Of a stretch of DNA of 64,000 nucleotides, positions 54,570-64,000 are shown piece by piece (position 1 is the first letter of the stretch; the number at the start of each line of letters is the position of its first letter). The notes under the pieces were generated by a model. It was not told the DNA's origin, did no database searches, and was given only the letters and a program-made list of their open reading frames with translations. Location of the stretch: positions 27,613,410 through 27,677,409 of the forward strand of contig NC_057720.1 of assembly GCF_004010195.1 (NCBI RefSeq). Reading direction: 5' to 3'. The position numbers were made by a program, and so were the translations under genes. The stretch comes from Chiloscyllium plagiosum (Eukaryota).

Positions 54570-55291
54570 GAGCAGAGAGTGTTCAGCAGGAGAAGATAAA
54601 AGGTAGGGAGGAGGGACTTGGAGGAGGGGCGTGGGAAATGTGATAGGTGGAAAGAGGTCAAGGTGAGGGTGATAGGTCGGAGTAGGAGGGAGGCGGAGAG
54701 GACAAGAAGAAGACTGCAGGTCAGGAAGGCGACGTGGTCGACGGTGCCCTCCACCGCATCTCCTCCACTTCCCGCTCCTCCGCCCTTGAGCCCCAAATAA
54801 GAGTAACTTATTTGGCCAGGTCACAGTGAGGAAGAGAGTAATAATTTCTAAATCCAATCGACTGTGTGGGCTGAGGCAAGGTGGGGGGAGGGGGGATGAA
54901 GGAACTGGTGAAGTCCAAGTTCATCCCCTGTGGTTGGAGGGTTCCCAGTCGGAAGATAAGACGCTCCTCCTCCGACCGTCGGGTTGTTGTGGTTAGGTTG
55001 GGTCGGTGGGGGGTGTGGATCTGACAAGGGAGTCGCGGAGGGAGTGGTCTCTACGGAAAGCTGATAGGGGAGGGGAGGGAAATATATCCTTGGTGCTGGG
55101 GTCTGTTTGGAGGTGGCGGAAGTGACGGCGGATGATGCGCTGTACATGGGGATTGGTGGGGTGGTAGGTGGGGGCCAGTGGGGTTCTGTCCTGGTGGCGG
55201 TTGGAGGGGCGGGGCCCAAGGGCGGAGGAGCGGGAAGTGGAGGAGATGCGGTGGAGGGCACCGTCGACCACGTCGGGGGGGAAATTGCGGC

Positions 55292-55405
55292 TTTCAAAGT
55301 TGAAACTTTATTGCTGGAACAGCACAGCAGGTCAGGCAGCATCCAGGGTTTCAAAGTTGAAACTTTATTGCTGGAACAGCACAGCAGGTCAGGCAGCATC
55401 CAGGG
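55292..55405. repeat. Perfect 57-bp tandem duplication of the pLTR end
   Basis: tttcaaagttgaaac...gcatccaggg occurs twice. Confidence 0.95.
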
Positions 55406-56379
55406 TTTTCTATCTCAACAACCAAGTTGGGTAGCGCATTCCAGACCTTCGGCACTCTCTGGGTGAAAATGTTTTTCCTCATGTCCCCGGTAATTTGGAT
55501 ATTTGCCTTATCCAGATGTATTACCTCAGACTTCACTGGTGTGATGTCCATTTATCACTTGCCCCCCTGCACCCTCACTCAACCAAACCATTGGTATCAT
55601 CCTGTATCTCTTCACTATCAACCACCCATCTTAGTGGTCTCTGTATTTCCCAAACGTGCCTTCTAAAAGCTACTGTTTGAGTGCCTTAAAAAATTAGCTT
55701 ATTTATTGGACTCTACTTTTCCCTATTTGCTTCATTTTTTTGACTATTAAAAATAAAAACTAAATAAGGATAAAATGCATTTTTAGATTTGCAACAGTAA
55801 CTTTAATGATCTGTAAGACAGCACATCTACCTATTACTAGAGTTACTGTATCATCCATGCATTTTGAAAGAAAAATATTTGCTGGGCTACAATGGAAAAA
55901 TGTAAGTGGTGGCATTAATTGGATAGCTCTTTCAATAAGCCAGCATAGATAGACCTAATAGATCAAATTGCTTCTTTCTATACTTTCAGATTTTTTTGAT
56001 CTAACAAAGTTGGCTACTCCTCTGTAAATTAGTTTAGGAGACCTAAAATTATCTGTTTAAATAGGTTTGCAAGCATTTGACAATACATTGTAGTAGAGGG
56101 TTATGGTTTTAACTGATTCCCTCTTGTCCTTGAACACTTTCTGTGCCTATCTCTTTATCTCCAGCACCATGAAAGTATATCAGTAATGAAAGTGGTAATT
56201 AAATTCACTTGTGGTTCGCAATGTTTTAGCTTTACTCTCTACATTGATGTGTGTCCTCTTGAGGGAGAAATTCTAGAGCTTTTTTTCCATTATTCCTCCA
56301 TTGTAAGAGAAAATATTCAATTAAAATGTCATTTAGACACCAAAAGATTTCCAATCTTTACTTTTAATTTTAAATGTAG

Positions 56380-56534
56380 GATGGTCAGTCTCGAACAATC
56401 CGGCAGTTCCAGTTCACTGATTGGCCTGAGCAAGGAGTGCCAAAAACAGGAGAGGGATTCATTGATTTCATTGGTCAAGTACACAAGACTAAGGAACAGT
56501 TTGGACAGGATGGACCTATCACAGTACATTGCAG
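56380..56534 (+). CDS. PTPRF: PTPRF exon, D2: [51 protein letters not shown](S) (the ORF track shows a different frame)
   Basis: TGTAG acceptor, GTAAGC donor, 155 nt. TIRQF, KTGEG and ITVHC are PTPRF-type. Confidence 0.95.
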
Positions 56535-57447
56535 GTAAGCAGTCAGTACTTTTCATAATGATGATGAAATTAATTACAACCAAGCATATTTCCATGACAA
56601 ATTGATATCTCTGTTGAAATCTTTCTTACACAACTGGAAAGAACTGTAGACTTTGCTTGACTGACCTCTTTGTGAGTTTTTTTTCTCTTTTTGTCAATAT
56701 AACAATGTTTATTTTCTGTTATTGATCATTTAAGTGAACTGTTTGATAGTTTAGTAAGTCTGTAGGAACACCAGTTCTTTCCCCAAGATTTTGTTTTTCT
56801 CAAATAGTTTCAGACATGGCACTGTTACTTTGGTTAATTGGTTATGTGCAAAGTGTATAGTGGGTGATTGAGCAAGGAAGAACTACATGTTGGCATGGAG
56901 GTTATGAGGAACTATTGGAAATGGGTGGGGATGCAACAGGCCAGTGAGGACTATAAGGTCAAAATTATAATCAAACATCTGGAATGAAGCCCCAGAGATC
57001 TGAGGCAGTTCTTTTTAACCTGCCCCACCTTACACCTTAGCACCAATATTCCCTCTAAGCTGCATGGCTATGTGTATGCAGCCACCCTGACATTGCACCA
57101 CACACAGCAATCAGCATGCTGACACTTACTGAACTTGGAGATCCACACACAAAAAAAATTACAAGGAATGTTGCTGAACACTGAGTCACATGAAATCAGC
57201 TCCTGGGCATGCTGGACCTAACTGTATCCTGCACTGGCACCCACCCTCAGTGGAGCAAAGATCATGCCAATCAAGGTACTTTCAACTGAGCTGAGTCCTG
57301 CAAGTCAGATAATTTCACAACTCAAGTTATCCTCCTCAGTCAAGAACAACTGCACCATAAAGAGTTAGTTCACGAGAAATGAATTCAACAAAGCTTTTAA
57401 ATGCATAGCTACACAAAAATCTGATAAAAGGTTCTCCTCTCTTCTAG

Positions 57448-57583
57448 CGCTGGTGTGGGTCGAACTGGTGTTTTCATTACCCTGAGCATTGTGCTGGAAC
57501 GGATGAGGTACGAGGGAGTTGTGGACATGTTTCAAACAGTGAAGACATTACGAACACAACGGCCTGCCATGGTTCAAACAGAG
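57448..57583 (+). CDS. PTPRF: PTPRF exon, D2: (S)[45 protein letters not shown]. The final coding exon was not seen in the window.
   Basis: CTAG acceptor after a pyrimidine tract, GTGAGA donor, 136 nt. Confidence 0.95.
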
Positions 57584-57968
57584 GTGAGATATTTAGTTGA
57601 TTTTTTTCTTAAGCTAGTAGAAATACACCATGTTAAATGCCTTAAGAATAGCTTGTAGCAATGTCAATGTTGTTTGTTGTCTTATCATATTCTATCAATA
57701 TGACACTGACATTATATGTAGAAATCTTATTGGGAGAGTCCAGTCCAGCTACCAGGGTTGTCAAAGCAGTGAAAGGTCCAGATTTCTCTGGTCATACACT
57801 TTGCTGCAGGCATTCATTGGAATTTATCTAGCATCCATCAGATGAATTTTGACTTGGACAGTAACACAAAAGGCTCACCATCAATCAATCTTGCCTTCCA
57901 GACAAAATGATTTCACCTGTTGGGTTTTAGTGCCCAAGATAAATTTTGCCTTCCAAATTGGTAGAGAT

Positions 57969-58190
57969 CTTCGAGGAGAAAGTGAGGTCTGCAGACGCTG
58001 GAGATCAAAGCTGAAACTTTATTGCTGGAACAGCACAGCAGGTCAGGCAGCATCTAGGGAACAGAAGATTCGACGTTTCGGGCACATGCCCTTCTTCAGG
58101 AATGAAGAAGGGCATGTGCCCGAAACGTCGAATCTTCTGTTCCCTAGATGCTGCCTGACCTGCTGTGCTGTTCCAGCAATAAAGTTTCAG
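57969..58190. mobile_element. Young fold-back PLE mini-element, family A
   Basis: Perfect 88-bp inverted arms at 58011-98 and 58103-190. 15-bp TSD caaattggtagagat at 57954-68 and 58191-205. Confidence 0.9.
58067..58103 (-). ncRNA. Minimal hammerhead motif (family A), intact, in the left arm of a fold-back element
   Basis: Minus strand reads ATTC-CTGAAGA-A-GGGC-atgt-GCCC-GAAA-CG-TC-GAAT. Confidence 0.8.
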
Positions 58191-58884
58191 CAAATTGGTA
58201 GAGATGTTGACAGGGTTGAAATTTTAAATTGACCATCAAACTTGTGACATTGTATTATTTGCTGAAACTTGCTGCTGTTCTATGTTCTGTAGTTAATGGT
58301 ATCCTTATATTGAATTAGAATGTTTGTACCACATGTAATTAAATCATCAAATCCCTACAGTGCAGAAAGAGGCCATTCAGCCCAACAAGATTGCATTGAC
58401 CCTCCAAAGAGCATTCCACCCCGACCAGCACTATCTTAGACAGGGTTGTAAGATTATATTTAATAAAGGATGGGTCAGCTGTGTGACTTGGTGCTTAACA
58501 GCAATAGATGTAAGACTGTGCACTTGAGTGTGTAATGTTTTGTCAATCATTCCACCTGTATGGCCTGAAAGCATTGATTTGTGCTTGCTTTCCCACTGTG
58601 TGCGCAGTGAAGAGCAACTCAGGACTGCCAAAACTTGGCCAGTGCATGGTTGGGCTTCAAACATACCATTGGCATCGGAAAGTGCAGGTTATCCCAACTG
58701 TGGGGGAAAAGGACAGATGGCATGCAATGTAGCATACCACATTGAAAATTAATCAAGGTTCAGACAATAGCATGAGAAAACCCATGAAAAGTAACACTGA
58801 AATGACTAATTTCAGGCTAAATCCTGCCCATATACTCTGCGTAGGTCAACAAAATCACCCCTAGTACATCCAACAATCATCAGT

Positions 58885-60750
58885 TCACAGGTAAAAGATA
58901 AAGCACTCTTCATTGAGTTTGCTTTGAACTTTATTGGAATGTTACATGTTCAGGTGAACGAAAGCAAGGCTGAGAGTTAAAATTAACAGGTGACTGGAAG
59001 CTCAGTCACATTTGTGAACTGAATGAATGGAAGCGTTCCACAAAGCGGTCAGTCAGTCTGCTTTTTGTCTTCCTACTGTAAAGGAAACCACCTCAGGGCA
59101 GTAAATACAGTAAACTACATGGAAAGAAATTTTACTTTGACGGAGTGTTTGGGACTTGGAAAATGAGTGGAGGAGGTAGAATTTCAGGTGTTACATCTCC
59201 TGCACTTGCATGCAGAAGTGTTGTGGAAAAAGGAAGGGTAGATGGGTGAAAGTGGAATAAACCAAGATGTCATTGGGGGAAACAGTCCCTTTGGAATTGT
59301 GAAAGGTGAGGCAAGAGGAAGATATTTTTCATGGTGGCACTGTGCTGAAGGTGACTAAAATGACAGAGAATGATTAATAGAACACAGAAGCTAGAGGGTC
59401 GAAAAGTCAAGACAAGTGGAAATCTCTAATGGTTCCAGAACAAAAGGAAGAGTTTAGAGCAGGTGCATAAATTAGAATGGAAACAGTTGACAGCCCCATC
59501 AATTATAATGCACGGAGAGGGGAGTGCATGCAGGTCAGAAGTACTCAAGTGCAAGGTTTAACATCTAAACAGATGCAACAGAGAAGAAGAAACAAGAAGA
59601 ATGGAAGAGTCCCTACTGCAAGCAGGGCTTTCTCAAATGTGGACAAGTCAATTGTGGGAATCATTGGGGTTAGAGTGAGTGTTGTTTGTAACATTTTTTG
59701 AGGGGCATGGATAGGATAAAGAGGGGAAAGATATAAAAGAGGTCTAAGGGGCAACTTTTTCATGCAGAGGGTGGTACATGTATGGAATGAGCTGCCAGAG
59801 GAAGTGGTGGAGGCTAACACAATTGCAGTGTTTAAAAGGCATCTGGATGGGTACATGAATAGGAAGGGTTTGGAGGGATATGGGCTGGGTACTGCCAGGT
59901 GGGACGAGATTGGGTTGGGATATCTGGTCGGCATGGATAAGTTGGACTGAAGGGTCTGTTTTCGTGCTGTATATCTCTATGACTCTAAATAGAAGCCATG
60001 ATGTGGAGGAGCCAGTGTTGGACTGGAGTGGACAAAGTTAACAATCACAACACCAGGTTGTAGTCCAACAGGTTTATTTGGAAGCACTAGCTTTTGGACC
60101 GCTGCTTCTTCATCAGCTACCCGATGAAGGAACAGTGCTCCGAAAGCTAGTGCTTCCAAATAAATCTGTTGGATTTATAACCTGGTGTTGTGTGATTTTT
60201 AACTTTGCCTAGAAATGGAGACACAGAAGTCAAGGAAAGGAAAAAATCAGATGGAGATGGAATATGTTGAGGCAAAATAAGGTGAAAATTGGAAGCTGAG
60301 TTGGTACAATTTTCTAATTTGGGCAAGAGCACCACAGTGCAGTTGAAAGAGAAATGGAGAACAATTAAGACAAATGAATCTACATATAAACAGCCAAGTT
60401 GAGAAAGGTAGTGCTGGATAAAGACTGGTTGGAGCTCCATTCTAGGAAGAAGAGATGAGCTTTTCGACTGTCCTGAGACAAAGGTAGAGATGGATCGGAT
60501 AAAAGTTCCAGGAAACTGTTAAAATGACGAGAACATCCGTCAAGTCAGAGATACAGATGAATAAAGACTGGATAAGTGGGGAGAAATAGAGACAAGATGG
60601 AAATTGAAAAATCCAATGGGGCAGGATATGGCTGAATTAATGGTTTTGGGAAGGTCAAAACAGGCTGTTCAATGTTGCAGAACTATGATGTTGGAGACTG
60701 TGGAGAATAGATAACAGTCATGGAAATAGGTCCTGGCTGAAATCATCGAC
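58885..60750 (-). mobile_element. Old degenerate PLE body, interrupted by later insertions
   Basis: Minus strand near 59025-59117 reads VYCIYC../GFLYSRKTKSRLTDRFVE, a decayed GIY-YIG with a frameshift. Ends approximate. Confidence 0.5.
59997..60207. mobile_element. Fold-back PLE mini-element, family C (hammerhead with AGCU palindrome)
   Basis: Arms at 60033-60116 and 60121-60207. Arm consensus CTGATGA-A-GGAGC-agc-GCTCC-GAAA-GC-TA. A tail-only copy lies at 13190-13273. Confidence 0.75.
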
Positions 60751-60752
60751 AA

Positions 60753-60964
60753 GCAGAAAGTGAGGACTGCAGATGCTGGAGATCAGAGCTGAAACATGTG
60801 TTGCTGGAAAAACGCAGCAGGTCAGGCAGCGTCAAAGGAATAGGAGAATCGACGTTTTGGGCATAAGCCTTTCTTCAGAAGGGCTTATGTCCGAAACGTC
60901 GATTCCCCTGCTCCTTTGATGCTGCCTGACCTGCTGCGCTTTTCCAGCAGCACATTTTTCAGCT
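60753..60964. mobile_element. Fold-back PLE mini-element, family A
   Basis: Inverted arms centred near 60876. Flanking ctgaaatcatcgacaa at 60737-52 and 60965-80. Confidence 0.8.
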
Positions 60965-61457
60965 CTGAAATCATCGACAATCCTGGAAACAGGTCCTGGA
61001 TGAAATCATCGACAATTGATTCCTGGTTGTGTCTGTCCAGTTCTCCCCTATGATATCCAGACAGAGCTTTTACATATGTTTCTACCAATTTTCATAAAGG
61101 TTTCTGGATTGTTTTTTATTAATCAATTGATTAGTAAAATCTTATTAACTCTTAAAAATTAAGGGAAACATGCTCTGAGTGCAAATATCAGATGCAGTAA
61201 TCAGTGTAAATTCATAGTCCTAAGATGCTTGCTGAAGTCTTGATGATTACTATAGCAATGCTAATATCAAAATGGGTATAATCGGAACTGCAATGAATAC
61301 TGTGAATGCTATTCATAGCAGAAATTTGAGTAATATACCAATCATGATGCTTTTCACTCATTCTCACAATCTGCATAAAATCTGACTTGGAAGGAACTTT
61401 GGTAATCGTACTACTCGTTAGGTATCTAATTTGTTATGTGAAAAAAGTTGAAAAATA

Positions 61458-64000
61458 GTCAATATTTGGGACTTCGATGTTGTGGCTATTACGGAGACAT
61501 GGCTAGAACAGGGACAGGATTGGCTGTTGCAGGTTCCAGGATTTAAATGTTTTAGTAGGGTCAGAGGTGGGGGTAAAAGAGGGGGAGGTGTGGCATTGCT
61601 TGTCAAAGATAGTATTACAGTGGTGGAAAGGACAATGGATGAGGACTTGCCATCTGAGGTAGTTTGGGCTGAGGTTAGGAATAGGAAAGGTGAGGTCACC
61701 CTGTTAGGAGTCTTTTACAGGCCTCCCAATAGTCCTAGAAACGTAGAAGAAAGGATAGGGAAGGTGATTCAGGAGATGAGTGACAGTAATAGGGTGGTTG
61801 TTATGGGGGACTTTAACTTTCCTGATATTGATTGGGAAAGCTATAGCTCAAGTTCGTTAGATGGGTCAGTGTTTGTTCAATGTGTGCAGGAGAGCTTCCT
61901 GACACAATATGTAGACAGGCCAACAAGAGGTGAGGCCATACTGGATTTGGTTCTGGGTAACGAACCAGGCCAGGTGTTAGAATTAAAGGTAGGTGAGCAC
62001 TTTGGGGATAGTGACCATAATTCGGTGATTTTTACACACGTGATGGAGAGGGATAAGTGTGTACTACAGGGCAAGAATTATAGCTGGGGTAAGGGAAATT
62101 ATGATGCGGTGAGGCATGACTTAGGATGTGTGGCTTGGAAAAGTAGACTCCAAGGCAAGAGTGTAAATGATATGTGGAACTTGTTCAAGGGGCAACTATT
62201 GAGTGTCCTTGATAATTATGTACCTGTCAGGCAGGAAGGAAAGGGTCGTGCGAGGGAGCCGTGGTTTAATAAGGAATTGGAATCCCTTGTTAAATGGAAG
62301 AGGGCGGCCTATCTCAAGATGAGACGTGAAGGTTCAATTGGGGCGATTGAGAGTTATAGGGTAGCCAGGAAGGACCTGAAGAGAGAGCTAAAAGCAGCAA
62401 GGAGGGGACATGAAAGGTCCTTAGTAGATAGGATTAGGCAAAACCCTAAGGCTTTCTATAGGTATGTTAGGAATAAAAGAATGACTAGGGTAGGAATAGG
62501 TCCAGTCAAGGATAGTAGGGGGAAGTTGCGTGTGGAGGCAGAAGAGATTGCGGAGACACTGAATGAATACTTTTCTTCAGTATTCACTCAGGAACAGGGC
62601 ATTGTCGATGAGAATACTGAGGCACAAATAAGTAGAATGGATGGCTTTGAGGTATGTAGAGAAGAGGTGTTGGAAATCCTGGAAAAGGTAAAAATAGATA
62701 AGTCCCCTGGGCCTGATGGCATTTATCCTAGGATTCTCTGGGAAGCAAGGGAGGAGATTGCAGAGCCATTGGCCTTGATTTTTATGTCCTCGCTGTCNNN
62801 NNNNNNNNNNNNNNNNNNNNNNNNNNNNNNNNNNNNNNNNNNNNNNNNNNNNNNNNNNNNNNNNNNNNNNNNNNNNNNNNNNNNNNNNNNNNNNNNNNNN
62901 NNNNNNNNNNNNNNNNNNNNNNNNNNNNNNNNNNNNNNNNNNNNNNNNNNNNNNNNNNNNNNNNNNNNNNNNNNNNNNNNNNNNNNNNNNNNNNNNNNNN
63001 NNNNNNNNNNNNNNNNNNNNNNNNNNNNNNNNNNNNNNNNNNNNNNNNNNNNNNNNNNNNNNNNNNNNNNNNNNNNNNNNNNNNNNNNNNNNNNNNNNNN
63101 NNNNNNNNNNNNNNNNNNNNNNNNNNNNNNNNNNNNNNNNNNNNNNNNNNNNNNNNNNNNNNNNNNNNNNNNNNNNNNNNNNNNNNNNNNNNNNNNNNNN
63201 NNNNNNNNNNNNNNNNNNNNNNNNNNNNNACTGCAATGTACTGTACTGCACTGTAATGTACTGTACTGCTCTGTACTGCACTGTATTGCACTGTGCACTG
63301 GTGACGAAGGAGGTTGATGAGGGGATAGCGGTAGATGTGGTATATATGGATTTTAGTAAGGCGTTTGATAAGGTTCCCCATGGTAGGCTACTGCAGAAAA
63401 TACGGAGATATGGCATTGAGGGTGAGTTGGAGGTTTGGATTAGGAATTGGCTGGATGGAAGAAGACAGAGGGTAGTAGTTGATGGCAAAGTTTCTTCATG
63501 GTGTGCCGTCACTAGCGCTGTTCCGCACGGATCTGTTTTGGGACCATTGCTGTTTGTCATTTTTATAAATGACCTGGAAGAGGGGTTAGAAGGTTGGGTG
63601 AGCAAGTTTGCGGATGATACGAAAGTCGGAGGAGTTGTTGACAGTGAGGAAGCATGTAGCAGGTTACAGCAGGATATAGAGGGGCTGCAGAGCTGGGCAG
63701 AAAGGTGGCAAATGTAATTCAATGTAGCTAAGTGTGAGGTGATTCACTTTGGGAAGAATAACAAAAAGATGGGGTTCTGGGCTAATGGTCGGATACTTGG
63801 TAGTGTGGATGAGCAGAGGGATCTTGGTGTCCATGTACACAGATCTCTGAAAGTTGCCACCCAGGTAAATAGTGTGGTGAGGAAGGCATATGGCGTACTG
63901 GCTTTTATTGGTAGAGGAATTGAGTTCCGGAGTCCTGAGGTCATGATGCAGTTGTATAAGACTCTGGTGCGGCCGCATCTGGAATATTGTGTGCAGTTTT
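61458..64000 (+). mobile_element. Young 5'-truncated CR1 ORF2 (APE endonuclease and RT), gapped, with a premature stop at 63715-17
   Basis: AITETW, GGGVA, YRPP, GDFN, LDLVL, SDH (APE), then DFSKAFDKV and FADDTK (RT). Confidence 0.95.
63230..63300. repeat. Degenerate (ACTGY)n pentamer repeat abutting a gap inside CR1
   Basis: Directly visible. Confidence 0.85.

Larger units (their letters stand above)
54476..55406 (-). mobile_element. Rearranged, internally deleted PLE (family A): pLTR, linker and endonuclease C-terminal pieces
   Basis: TYHPTN..QRIIRRHF..FRRDHSLRDSLVRS linker and, in another frame, EEERLIFRLGTLQPQGMNLDF. 14-bp TSD tttctatctcaaca at 54462-75 and 55407-20. Confidence 0.85.

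Noticed and set aside
54860..55280. Possible hyper-editing signature (apparent Leu>Pro and Val>Ala changes, high GC) in the PLE fragment
   Set aside because: Cannot be assessed without the family consensus; only one A/G difference between internal copies is directly visible.
9136..60964. Recurrent palindromic repeats as CRISPR arrays or DNA-transposon MITEs
   Set aside because: Eukaryotic intron context, no spacer periodicity, asymmetric arms, variable TSD length and direct homology to PLE pLTRs.
61482..63317. 611-aa ORF as a host gene or intact active LINE
   Set aside because: It is CR1 ORF2, 5'-truncated, read through a gap, with a downstream premature stop.
57584..64000. Terminal PTPRF coding exon (DQYQ..YRAALEYLGSFDHYAT expected)
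   Set aside because: Not found by eye; presumably beyond the window, so no evidence of gene truncation.

Overview
Eukaryotic genomic DNA from a cartilaginous fish; shark origin is inferred from the HE1-type SINEs. The window covers nine consecutive + strand exons (1301-57583) of a LAR-family receptor protein tyrosine phosphatase. Diagnostic residues identify it as PTPRF. The exons encode most of phosphatase domain D1 and nearly all of D2, all with GT-AG boundaries and consistent phases. The introns are largely retroelements: CR1 LINEs, a second APE-RT LINE family, HE1/Deu/other tRNA SINEs, Rex1-like, Gypsy gag and poly(A)-tailed fragments, plus three assembly gaps. The most striking signal is a dense set of Penelope-like element (PLE) remnants from at least three families. 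Their pseudo-LTRs carry minimal type-I hammerhead ribozyme motifs (CUGANGA-N-stem II-GAAA-palindromic ACGU/AGCU). Many are 130-500 bp solo or fold-back insertions with 12-16 bp target-site duplications, and their breakpoints cluster at the ribozyme core. Coordinates were read by eye: exon and TSD ends should be exact, old-repeat ends are approximate.
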